Assembly: GCA_022813865.1 (NCBI GenBank)
Contig: JALDZX010000019.1
Coordinates: forward strand, 124,001 to 188,000
Direction: 5' to 3'
Source: Xylographa opegraphella
Taxonomy: Eukaryota
DNA length: 64,000 nt
Shown: piece by piece, positions 37,684 through 49,327 of the stretch
Layout of the letters: the number at the start of each line of letters is the position of its first letter
Position numbering within the stretch: the stretch's first letter is position 1
Position numbers and translations under genes: made by a program
The notes under the pieces: generated by a model
The model's input: the letters and a program-made list of their open reading frames with translations, nothing else
Databases searched by the model: none
Told to the model about the DNA's origin: nothing

Positions 37684-38895
37684 ATGCCTCCACGCATTCC
37701 CTCCGCGGCTCGCTTTCCCAGCCGATGTCTTCTGGACCCTCCTCCCCTCCGCCTCTCCCTAACTCGCCGCTTCGGCACCCACCCTCGAGCGCTATTTCCC
37801 CAGCAGCACACCACCGCCCCCCACAACCCTCTCGACCCCATCGCCCGCCACCGTCTCGAGACCCAGCTGCGTGCCTACTACACTCGCCGTAACTACTATG
37901 CCGCCGCAGGCGCCGCGCTCTGCATGCTTGCCACCCTCGTCCTCGTCTCCGTCTACGACCTGCCCCCCAAGCCCGAACAATGCGACACGCCCCCGCGGCG
38001 CGATACACCCCTCGAGCGCGGCGCCGCCGCCCTCGTCGGCGGCGTGAGCGGCGGGGCGAAAGTGCGCATCGCGAGCGCAGGCACCCTGAGCAGCCAGCAG
38101 GAGGACGTGCCGCAGGTGCCGACGGGCACGTCCTCGGTGCCCTACTTCCCGAAAACGCTCACCCTCCCCGGGACCGCGTCATCGACGTCGGCGGCGCTGC
38201 CGGTCGGCACCGGCGACGCAGACGAGCCCTACCAGCTCGTCGGCCTCGGCATCCGCACCGTGTCCTTCCTCTCGATCCAGGTCTATGTCGTCGGGCTCTA
38301 CATCGCAACCTCGGACATCGCCACGCTGCAGGCGCGGCTCGTGCGCGCGGCCGCGGGCGCGGAGACGGCGAGCACGCTTGTCGCGGGCGAGAAGGAGGAG
38401 CTGCGCGCCGCGCTGCTTGACCCGCTGCGCAGCGAGGAGCTGTGGGACGGCGTGCTGCGCGAGGGCGGCATCCGCAGCGTGCTGCGCATCGTGCCGACGA
38501 GAAACACGGACTTTGCGCACTTGCGCGATGGGTGGGTGAGGGGCATTACGGCGAGGAGTCAGCGGCCGGCGGGGGAAGAGAAGTTCGAGGACGAGGCGTT
38601 TGGGGAGGCGGTGGGGGGATTTAAGGCGCTGTTTGGGAGGGGGAGCGTTGCGAAGGGGAAGGCGTTGATGTTGGAGAGGAGGGCGGACGGGGTGTTGGGT
38701 GCTTGGATGGAAGGGGAGAAGGGCGGCTGGGATCGGATGGGGGAGGTGCGCGATGAGAGGGTGGGCAGGCTCGTGTGGTTGGGGTATCTTGGGGGGAAGA
38801 AGGTGGCGAGCGAGGCGGCGAGGCAAAGTGTGGTGGATGGGGTGATGGGGTTCGTGGAGAGGCCGGTGGGGACGGTGGAGACGCAAGTGGTGTAA
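37684..38895 (+). CDS. AIM18: Mitochondrial chalcone-isomerase-fold protein Aim18/Aim46 family
   Basis: Arg-rich presequence MPPRIPSAARF...RRF followed by a TM segment. Motifs LVGLGIRTVSFLSIQVYVVG, RIVPTRNTDFAHLRDGW, YLGGKKVASEAAR. Confidence 0.85.
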   Translation: MPPRIPSAARFPSRCLLDPPPLRLSLTRRFGTHPRALFPQQHTTAPHNPLDPIARHRLETQLRAYYTRRNYYAAAGAALCMLATLVLVSVYDLPPKPEQCDTPPRRDTPLERGAAALVGGVSGGAKVRIASAGTLSSQQEDVPQVPTGTSSVPYFPKTLTLPGTASSTSAALPVGTGDADEPYQLVGLGIRTVSFLSIQVYVVGLYIATSDIATLQARLVRAAAGAETASTLVAGEKEELRAALLDPLRSEELWDGVLREGGIRSVLRIVPTRNTDFAHLRDGWVRGITARSQRPAGEEKFEDEAFGEAVGGFKALFGRGSVAKGKALMLERRADGVLGAWMEGEKGGWDRMGEVRDERVGRLVWLGYLGGKKVASEAARQSVVDGVMGFVERPVGTVETQVV

Positions 38896-39043
38896 AAAGA
38901 AGATATCAGGAGTTGCTGGATGATTGGGATATCGGGTTCTACATCAACAACAAAAGCATAAAATCGTAAAACTTCCAGAGCACAACCAAAGGGCCATTCC
39001 ATTCACCCTCTATGCCAGGCCTTTTTTTTTCGACCACTCACGC

Positions 39044-39508
39044 CTAAACAGCACCCGCGGTCTGCAATAAGCCCGGCAGCTCGCTCTTCTTCGCCTGCAG
39101 ATCCGAGTTCCCTCCGATATGCTGCTTCTTGATGAAGATATTCGGCACGCTGCGCTGGTGCGTCATCTCCTCGAGCGCATCCTGGATCGCCGCGCCGTCA
39201 TCTACTCGCCACGCATGGCCCGTCAGCCGCTTTCATCCTCTCCAAAACCGCCCCAGCCGCAGCAGGAACGGGAGTGTATCCTTACCGACTTGGTCCAGCT
39301 CGATGGTGTAGAACTTCGCGCCCAGCTGGCTCAGCAGCGCCTTGGTGGCCTTGCAGTACGGGCAGTAGGACTTGCTGAAGACGGCTAGATGTCGCTCGAT
39401 CAGTTCGTCTGTTGGACTAGGGGATAAGTGGTAGATCGGAGGGCTGGTCTACATACCGACCGCGTTGTCGTCGATGATGCCTTGCGCTTTGGTCTTGGCG
39501 GCGGACAT
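39044..39508 (-). CDS. Dithiol glutaredoxin (CPYC)
   Basis: Reconstructed protein MSAAKTKAQGIIDDNAV-AVFSKSYCPYCKATK...ELDQV-DDGAAIQ...QRSVPNIFI...HIGGNSDLQ...TAGAV*. Introns 39456-39385 and 39285-39202. The ORF track does not show it. Confidence 0.95.
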
Positions 39509-40197
39509 GGCGGCGGGGGTGATGGAGGGAGAGGAGGCGAAGAAGCGGCGTAGGAACGAAATGGTGGGCGGTCGGGATGGGGTGGAGGATGGGATTTGAG
39601 GTTTGTGAGAAGCGTAGTTCGTCGGATGAGGTATGTCTGGAGTTCGTTGAGAGGGAAGAGTGAGTAGAGTACTACGGCCGCAGTTGGGAGATTATAAATC
39701 CGATGACGCAATTGACGGATGGGCAAAAGAAACGATGATCGGAAGGATGCCGCTGGACTGGGAATTTGGGAAACGAATGCATGCTAACAACGTGCTGACA
39801 TGACAAATCTTCACTGATGGCGGAGTGTATGAAGTCAATGCTAACAATCTGATGAGAAGACACAACCGCTGGTGACGGAGAGTCTAGAACACCAAATACT
39901 GTTGATTGGGTTATCTATGATGTTCAATTACAAATTGACTGTCTGTTCCAACTTGGAAGCAAGCATCCATGTTATACTGCCGACAACAACCATACTGTTC
40001 ATCCATATCGATCCCCTCTAGGTCGTTAACATTTGCAAAAAGATTGCTGGAATCGCAAATGTTGAGCTCAGGATTGACCCGAAGCCCGTTTTCAGCGAAC
40101 ACCCCTTAAAAAGGCTCCGGTTCGGCTCTACTTCCTCGGGGCGACGAATTGCTCTGTGGATTTTGATATTTTCACTAGATAAGGACTGACTCATCGA

Positions 40198-42313
40198 TTA
40201 TGACCAGAACTCCTCCGGGTCGTCTTCCTCGTTGTCGTCAAAGTCAGCTATGGCTCCATAGGCCACGGAGCTCTTGGGCGGGACATCTTGCTCCTCGGGG
40301 CTATCCGCCCCAGAATCAGCACTTTCATAGTCCTCCGGGTCGTCGTCATCGTCCTCCTCCTCGGGTGTGGATACCGACTGGTCAGCACGGAGGAAACGTG
40401 CCCCCATTGCATACATTGTCTCAGTTCCTTTGTTGTGGAAAACGGCTCCCGTGCCTGGATCCGTTGTCGTCTGCTCCGGAGCGACAATACGCCCCCCGAC
40501 TGCGATGAACATTGCTTCGTCCTCAGGAGAAAGGACAGCCCGTTTCTTTGGCGCACTCATCTCTTCTTCCTCATCAACATTTAGGAACGGAAACAGACCC
40601 ATTTTCTTTCCAAACCAGTCAGCGAGATCCTCCTGAGTGTATCGAGGTGTCGAAACATCCCCCGGCCCCGTTAACCGCGGGTCTGGCTTAAATCTCGGGT
40701 TATCAGTCAAGAACTCTTCTATGTCATGATCGCTGTACGAGCGTTCCAAGAGCCACCGCCTTCGCGATTTCGCTCTTGCATCAGGACTCCGTTTCCGTCG
40801 ATGTGAAGGGTCCATCATATCCAAGCCTAAGTTCATTTAGCATGGTTAAATAATGCGCTCGAGGGTCAAGTACCACTCTCTCCATCGTCCCAGTCCTCGT
40901 CCTCGAACGTGGTTAGTGCTATTGAACAGTTAGCCCAGGTTTGTTTTGTTCCCAGTGCAGGGATGTCCTTGAAAGCCTCATACCACTCCCATATCCAGCA
41001 TATACCATCTGGGACTTCCATGCATTCCTCAAGGCGAATATTCTCGAAGTTCTTGCATGCTTACCAATCTTGAATGGAAGCCGCGGTGCCAGCAGCTGCC
41101 TCCTCGCTTTGACATAGATATTTGGATCATTTCGAAAATCATACGGAGCCCATGACTCGGCGGATAATAACCTTTGTATATGCGACATCGGCATTGAGTA
41201 AGCTACCGAGGCTACAGGCGCCCGGCTGGGTTTTCTAGGCATTTTATACCATGCATGACCACCACGAAACTCACGGTAGAACTGCATGTCCTCGACAAAA
41301 ATTGGCTCGGGATAGAAGCCTCTGAAGAGCCATGCGATGAGAGAATGTCCTATCTCACAGAACTGATCCTTACCAATCCATACGAAATCGGCCGGCACCT
41401 TTTTGTGGCAATAGAATATGGCATGTCCTAACTCATGCACAATGGTGATGCCGGCTTGGAAGATGGCATTCATGTGTTGTTCTGTATTAGGTTCAGATGA
41501 GATTATAGTGTCAACGAATTCGGTTGGCAGATCTATCCTCATCTGCCGGTATTTAAGACCGAGTCTACTCGATACTCTTGATGCATTATTCCAAATACCC
41601 ACATTCTCGAACCCACCCAACATATCGAAGATCTCTTCAACACCGTCGTGGCAAAGGCCAGTATGAGTGAAGCCGACGACTCCATACCTTTTCCACATAT
41701 AATCATTCTCTTGCCAGGTAATGTTTTGAAGTAGGTATATTAATTCCTGCATGGCAGCGTCCTGTTCTTGCATAGTTCGATTCTTGTCCTTGATTCGTAC
41801 CCGAGCTTCAGTGCGTGGTGTTCTGACCACATCTATCTCCGGTAAAAAGTTGCATAGATACGGCCTTGCCGCGTGGAGGAGCTTCGTAGCGAGGCGGAAG
41901 CTCTGTCCGAGAGCCTCGTAGCGTTCATCCGAGAAGCCTGGAAAACGATTTCGTTGGAAAAGATGATCTCCCGTCAGATCAGCCTTATAATTTGGAGGCG
42001 TGTCAATGCAGCCGAATTTTTTGAGTTCACTTCTGATGAAATGGGACGGTGGGAGGTCTGTCTTCTTCCCCTGCGAGGTCCCCTTGAGGCGTGATGCGTC
42101 CAGTTTGGCAAACAGCGGATCCATGGTCTTCGGATTACCTGCGGGCGATTGCCAAGGATATTGTACAGTTGTTACACTAGTCAGAGATTTGCTATGTACA
42201 CGAGGAGACAATGAAAGCTCATATATGTCCCGCTCGACAACAAAGGAGGAATCAGTCATGATCGGTTGGAATGTCCGGATCAGGCGGAGTTTTGTCGTAC
42301 CACGTGTGTCCAT
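40198..42313 (-). CDS. Hypothetical protein with a zincin-like HExxH motif and an acidic C-terminus
   Basis: ITIVHELGHAI followed by EIG...WLFRG. Introns 40983-40919 and 40873-40827 join three exons in frame. The start could also be ATG ~42259. Confidence 0.7.
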
Positions 42314-45300
42314 GAAAACTCGTTACTGAAAACGTTTATATGGTGTTCCAGCATTGCTCTTGCGCAGTTGTGTTGTGCCCAACCGCGGTAAGTCAGTGGG
42401 TTTATAGACCGAGAACAGAAATCGAGGCTAGGCCGAGGTTGGCTCGGCCACTGGAATATCTTTGATCCGCCAACTGCCCCAAAACCACCTGCGGCTCTTA
42501 GGGAATTCCTCGCTCGAAAAGCCGAAAGCAGCATCTGTAATGATCATATATGCCTTCGCCAGCTCGTGAGCGTGCTCACAGGACTTGCTTTGTCGACATA
42601 CTTGGTGCTTTCAAGCTGCCCGAGGAAGACGTTCTGCTCCATACATGAGATCGCATCACCCAAGGATGTTGATGGGCCGAATAGTCGGATTTCGAGGCCA
42701 AGGTTGTGGTTGCTGGCTTGCACACCACTTAGTAAAAACAGCGCAGCGATATCTGCTGATCACCTAGGCAATCAAGATGTTACGCTGCATTGGGCCTTTG
42801 ATCGTTATGAGTTCTATAAGAAGGAACCCGGAATCCCAAGAATGTATCCGACGACTTCGGGACTGTCTATCAATTACCTGAATGAACCGCAAGTCCAAAG
42901 TCCTCACATCCGCTAAACCAGATGGCTCACGTACGTACATCAGTGTTTTCGAATCGCCATCCTAGCTCCTTGTGCGGCCCATGGGCTTCCTTGAGATTGC
43001 TAAGCGAAGCTTCTTCATGCTGGAAAAACATCCGTTTGGATACCGACATTGTCGTAACTTACACTGCATTGTGACGAATCAAAGACCGTGGGGTGGTGAG
43101 CTGCGAAATGCTATGTCAGGCTCTTTGGCGGCTTCGACCACAATTGGCTGTCTGTGGCCACGTCCACGAAAGATCGCGGCATGCACCAAACTCTATGGGA
43201 GCTGACAAGCCCTCACGTCAGATACAAGGAGAATAGTAGAGACTATTGCGTAGATCTTAGAGCGAGAAGGGGAAAAGCTAGAAATAATCGGATGTAGATC
43301 GTAGCATACGTGGTGGAAATGGCTGGAACCGAGAAAGGGATGCAATGAAAGACACGCATCTTGACATTGGGATTGGATTACAACGGCGATCCCTGTCTCC
43401 GTCCAACAGAGACGTACATTCTTCCCATGAATCAAACAAATCGCCGTAGAGCAACGTAGATCTATCTACTCTTGGACAACATGCCCAGCCGCTGGAAACT
43501 GGTAACAAGCTGTACGATGATGCTGACTCGGTGGATATGGGAGGTAGAGCATCTACCACTCAATTCTAGGTAGCTTTTGCTTTCCCTAGGACAAATCGAT
43601 CTCGAGGAGCCATGTAGAGGGCAGAGAGACACGCGTCATCAACAGCGCCATTGTGGCTTCGGGTGGGCCGCACAGAGGTAGCAGTGGCAAGAGATACAAC
43701 TAGCCTATCGTAGTAGATATCGACGTGCCAATGTGAGATTGAGGTGTAGGGGAATTCAGTTTTGGTAAAATTGGCGGACGTGTCTGCCTGAGCATGAAGG
43801 ACGGGCTACATGGCCGCCAGCTTGGTGTAACGATCGGTGCCTGAGATGGTCAGTTCCGGTGCTGGGTGGCTGCTCACGGCCGAGACATTTCATATTGTTT
43901 ATTGACTTGACCAAGATGGTTTGCAACGGTGTGATTTGACCTTGGCCGCGTACGTCGGCCACTCCCTTCCCCCTCCATCATCAACAACTCTTGGTAAGCA
44001 ACCCATGGTCAATACAGGATCATCTGGAGCCAGCAGAGCCGGACCATCGGTACATGAACCATGGTGGATCTTGATGTTTTACGACTTCGGTTGCAACCAA
44101 GGCGTTCGTAGTGTCTGGGTTTGGCGCAAAAGTCAACGCACAATACCTATGCCGGAGTATAAAATCGAGACAGTATGCGGTATGGAATGGAGTACTCCGT
44201 AACGGAGCAATGGATGGTGAGCGGCCAAGCGTCCGGCCACGCTGCCCAGGTCAGTCTCGGAGGAGATAGGTTTTTTCGTGGGGCGTGGTGGTGGTCTGGA
44301 GGTTGAATGTGCGTTAGTTTAGCCTCGCATGAAGTGGTGCCCAAACTGCAGAAAGTGCAGAAAGTGTCGCGGCGCCTGGACAAAGAGGCCTGACTGATGG
44401 TTGGCAATGCACGAAGATGACCAAGCACGGTGAGATCTGACCGCAGTGTCGTCGCCATGCTCCTGGACGGCGGTGACAGCCGCGATATCTAATGGCTGCA
44501 GAGGTCGAAGCCGTCAAACTCCGAGAGCACCTTCGCCGTCTCAGGCCACAGAAGGACCTGAGGACTTTCTCGAAGGAAAACCGGCCGTTGATCCAACAGC
44601 GCCACGCTCCATTCTTATTGGGCGTGTGTTTCTTCAGTAACCGCCGACGAAACACTTCTCCCCACCCTCCCACGGTCGGAATCGTGGCCAAGGCGTTCCA
44701 ACTCCGTCCCACCTTGAGCAAGCTGCTTCACTTTTCACCAGTCGAAATGGCTCACTCCGGCTGGGGTACTTGCGGGCACCACGAGATCCCAATAGCCAGC
44801 AGACACCTCACTCCCAAGCCTTCACCCAATGCATCCACTCGGTCTAAGGTAGGCGGCCCACTCTGTCTCCGTGCCCAATGGTTCTTACAGTCTCTCCAGG
44901 AGTCGAGCACTCCGTATTCCACCAGAATCAGTACGATGCCATCATCAAGCGTATGCGGCTGCAAGTCTGGCGGTACTGCGAAGACTACCTTCTAAAACGG
45001 CAGGTAAAAATAGGTACGTAGGAATGGTTACTCTAAGTCGCCGGATCATCTCCTGTCTTGCGTAGTTACACGCTGCGACTACTTCGGACTACGGTACGCT
45101 TCTGCTCCTCCTCCACAGGCCCTTCCGCACTTTGCATATCTTGACACGCTCGGCCACATGCAGCACATCAAGCCCCACGTCGTGCGCTATTCTACCCCAA
45201 TGCCTCACACTCGGCAGGCTGGGTCGATGATCGAATGTGCCGATGACACAGGACGGCCAATGAGGAGCCTGCTGTCCGCTCGTAGTCCCAACCCAGTATT

Positions 45301-46332
45301 CCTCTCAGTATCTTAGGTAGATCGAGAGCCTGAAGTAAGGAAGAATAGGCTGGATGACCCTTCGGAGCACCGCCTTTGCAGTCCCGTGAAGGAGAGGTAC
45401 ATGGTCATAAACTGTGGCAGGTGTCCACGAGGCTGCTTCATAGCCCTCGTTCACCTCAGCTCTGATACATTTGGAGGAGTCTCCCCTGATTCTTTTCATC
45501 AATCCTGACTCTTCGGGGTACCGTTGGAACAGGTGTTTCACTCACGTCGCAGTACCTTTGAATTCTCCATCCAAGTCATTGGCAGCAGCGGGGATTCCTG
45601 GTCCCACTGGTCTTACTGAACTTCGGAGCCAACATACAGAACTCTGACCCAATCGCGACAGTGGACCTGATATTTCTTCAAGACCACCGCATTTACTGCA
45701 GCGTTACGGCAGTGTGGTCGAGAAAGCACAATAATAATAATAACGAGAGGTTGGCTGCTTGGGGATTAAGATAGCGGACGAGGGCAGTTCGTGCACCGCC
45801 CGCCATCGTCGCAATATTCCTTTGCACACCTATTGTGCATTCCTCGTCGACCGTCCTCATTTCCATACTTACACAGCGGGACACCATCATTTCAGCCTCC
45901 ACATTCTTTGTTTTCGGAGGCTGCCGATATCACGGATCCTTGGCTGTCCGCTGCATTGATCCGCGTTCGTTGTCTTGCCACACGCTTCCAGGCGGACGAG
46001 CAGAAGAGTCGTCGTGGGTGGCGCTCAGGCGGGAAATCGCAGCCTCTAACCGGTTCCATCCACCTCTTCGCTGTCCAGTCCGGTGCAAACCACACCGTCT
46101 TGCGACGTGCGTGCTGCTGACTACATAATCACGCATTCTATATTTCATCAAAACACCGTGCAGTTGAGAGCACCGATCAGCTCAACAACACTTGGGGCTG
46201 CTGCAACAAGGCCTTAGACTGTTGTCGTGAAGCGATCCGCTCTTCACACATCAAATGCACCACATCGCACCTCGAGCTCACAACTCAGCTCTCCCGTGTA
46301 CCATTCTATCTGTGTAACAATACTTAGCAATC

Positions 46333-48165
46333 ATGGCATCACCCTTACCTCCAGACCCATACGCCATCCTTAATGTCCCCAAAGATGCAACCCTGGCTAC
46401 CGTCCGCAGTGCCCATCGGAAATTGGTGTTAACCTGTCATCCAGACAAGGTGTACGATGAGTCGGTCAAAGCTCAAAAGGCAGAGCAGTTTCACCAAGTA
46501 CAACAAGCATACGAGATTCTTACCGATGATACGAGGAGGGCTCGCTATGATGAACGTGTTAAGCTGGCTGAACTACGAGCGGAGCTTATGGCTCAAACCA
46601 GTGGACGAACAAGGCCCACGCACGACTTCTCCCCAAGACCAACGCCAACCTCAGCCTATGAAACAAGAGCGAACGTAGTCTACGAGGAGAGAGCACCACG
46701 ACGATCATACGAGGACGACTTCTCCAGTCCCAAGTACGAGGATCATCGCTCGTCAGGTCGGCGGTTTGATGATCGATATGAGATCCCAATACCTAGGCGA
46801 AGCTCGGGACGTGGCACTGAAGATCGAAGGAGGGCTCGGGAATACGAAGAGGAGGAGACTCGAGTTCGAGCAGCAAGGGAGGCGACAAAGGCAGCGGAGC
46901 GTTCGTCGTATGCTGATCGTAAGAAAGTGCGGGATCGAGGGAGACGGCAGGACTACGACTCGAAGCAGCGTCACGTTCAAATGGAAAGTGAGACTGACTC
47001 GGATTCGGACGTCACTGAGCGACCTGTTAGCGACAGGAGAAGCGCGGAACCTAAGAGGAAGCACGACACTACAAAGAGGAGGGATCAAGAAGAGCGTTCC
47101 AGGAGGAGCTATAAACACGATGATTCGGACTATACCGATCCCCATGAAACAAAGGTTCAATACAGGGTCTTGGACGCAGCCGACTACATTGCAAAGTCAT
47201 CAGGTAATAGACCCGCAATCGATCTCACCGAGAAACGACGACCCTCAGTTACTAGAGTCCAGAGCAAAGCCAGTCAAGTACCGCCCCCGCCTCCGCCGCC
47301 TCCAATAATCGAATTACCACGACGCGACTCTGGACGCACAAGGTCTTCAGCTAAGGAACGAAGACCGCCGGAGATAGTTGATCCCCCAAGACGTGATTAC
47401 GAGACCGAGAGTCGCAGGCCAGGTTTGCCGACTGCAACCTCAGAACCTCACAATATCCATATCCCTCCCCGTGGTACTCCATCGAGGGCAGCAACACTGG
47501 AAACCCGGACCTCAGAAAGCAAGCAACCCTCATCACTACGAAGAGCGAAGACGTCTCCACTCGCTTCTATGGTGTCGCATCAACGTGGGGATTCAGCACC
47601 TTCCAAGTCGTCAAAACTACGCAACGCTGAGATCAATGATTCCGGCTATTCGAGTCCGGGTACGCCTGAGCTCCATGCTAGCCAAAGCCCTGGCTACACT
47701 GCGACACGATATGTATACATGGAGGAGGAAGACGAGGATACTGGTGTTTCTAGCCCCCGTATTGTCAATATTGGGCCAGAGTACCGACGAGACCGTGATG
47801 TGTCTCCCCGAACTCACCATCGATCTGAGCGTCCTTCTGCTTCCTCGCGAGCATCAGCGGGTGCGCGGCCTCCACCTTCTAGGTCTGCTACGTATGTGGA
47901 ACCAACGAAGCCCCGTCCTGCTATATCTACTCGTACTCAGTCTGGTCGTGGGCCATCTTCACCGGCCGCAAGGCCCCTATATGGCGAAGTCAAGTACTCA
48001 CCAAAGTATGAATCTTCCGATGTCCAGTACAGTCGTCGTGCCTCTGCAGACTCACCCCGAGATCACCGAGACGCCTATGCATATACCGAGTCGCGATCTG
48101 GACGAAGTGCTCATCCAGGCATGGGAGGACGAGCTCCACCCTACGTGCAAGAACCCGTCCACTAG
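46333..48165 (+). CDS. DnaJ (J-domain) protein with a long R/S/P-rich disordered C-terminus
   Basis: DPYAILNV...HRKLVLTCHPDK (HPD motif)...FHQVQQAYEIL...RARYD. Confidence 0.9.
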   Translation: MASPLPPDPYAILNVPKDATLATVRSAHRKLVLTCHPDKVYDESVKAQKAEQFHQVQQAYEILTDDTRRARYDERVKLAELRAELMAQTSGRTRPTHDFSPRPTPTSAYETRANVVYEERAPRRSYEDDFSSPKYEDHRSSGRRFDDRYEIPIPRRSSGRGTEDRRRAREYEEEETRVRAAREATKAAERSSYADRKKVRDRGRRQDYDSKQRHVQMESETDSDSDVTERPVSDRRSAEPKRKHDTTKRRDQEERSRRSYKHDDSDYTDPHETKVQYRVLDAADYIAKSSGNRPAIDLTEKRRPSVTRVQSKASQVPPPPPPPPIIELPRRDSGRTRSSAKERRPPEIVDPPRRDYETESRRPGLPTATSEPHNIHIPPRGTPSRAATLETRTSESKQPSSLRRAKTSPLASMVSHQRGDSAPSKSSKLRNAEINDSGYSSPGTPELHASQSPGYTATRYVYMEEEDEDTGVSSPRIVNIGPEYRRDRDVSPRTHHRSERPSASSRASAGARPPPSRSATYVEPTKPRPAISTRTQSGRGPSSPAARPLYGEVKYSPKYESSDVQYSRRASADSPRDHRDAYAYTESRSGRSAHPGMGGRAPPYVQEPVH

Positions 48166-49327
48166 GAGCAGCATGTCACTCACTTGCGTTCGGATCCTAA
48201 CATTGAGGTTTGCAATTTTCGTGTCTTTGTATTACAACGAGCTTATTGCCGGTGCGCAGGGGCCCTGCACCACTGTTGCTGGATCTTACGAACCTGCACG
48301 TGCTCATTTTGGCTACTTTACATATGGGTGTGCGCTCACGACTGGAAAGCTGAGTTGTATTGTATTATGGTTCGGGAAGTCCTCCGGGACGGACAGACGA
48401 TGCTGGGTGTGAGGGCTTTGGTATCTCGTGGAGCACACACATACACATGACCTGGATCTCTGTGTCGGACCCGAGGGCAGCGAGTATTGCATACACTTGG
48501 TAGACTTGATAGGGTCTGATTGGGTGACTCCCACTGAAGGACATTCGTTTGCTGCCTTAGGTCTCTGTCTGCGTGAGACATTATGCAGCTATCGAACGTG
48601 ATCATCGTCTAAGACCAACCCCCGTTGGAACCAGTGCAGTGACCACCATCAAATCTTTCTTTCCCCTTCTTCTCCCCGCCTATCCGATGGGATGCCTTTG
48701 TAAAACACTGTCCGAAAACCCCTCGCCTGCTTTCCCGCTGCTCTGCTATTCCATTTCCATCTAATGCCATCTCCGTCCCACCGCCCGCAATCTCAGCTTT
48801 GAACCCCAAACCATGCCCCCATCTCCCCATCTCATCTTCCCGCCCTCAGTATGCGCCGGCAACGTTAATCTTCAATCGTGATCACGGCATAAGAAAAAAC
48901 TCCTCAAGGATACAAACATGGAAAATCATTTCTCGATTTCCCGTGGGAGACAAAAGCGGCTTTTGGGCGGGTACGCCCCTCCCCTTTTATCGTGATACAG
49001 AGCACCAAGTCCAGAACTCAGGATAGAAATTGTAGTGTACAGAGTAGATAAACTTGGGATGGAACACGAGCGAGCACAGCAACATTTCACCAACACCCTG
49101 AAGCATGCGCACAAAACACCCATTCCAGAATAAGCTGCTTTTGCCAATCGCTCCCCCAGGGCTACCGCGTCCGATATACTACAAACAGCAGTCCACCCAC
49201 TCTAAACTCCACCTATGCAGCCCTACCCCATGCCAAACCCTCCCAGCGGCAATGCACATAAGGAAAAACCCAAGCGCCTCGCTGTAACGAAAAAAAAAAA
49301 GCAAAGCCGACCCCTCCAACGAGCCGC

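Noticed and set aside
39725..39865. Possible box C/D snoRNA upstream of glutaredoxin (several CTGA and ATGA)
   Set aside because: No canonical RTGATGA box C, terminal stem or recognisable rRNA guide.
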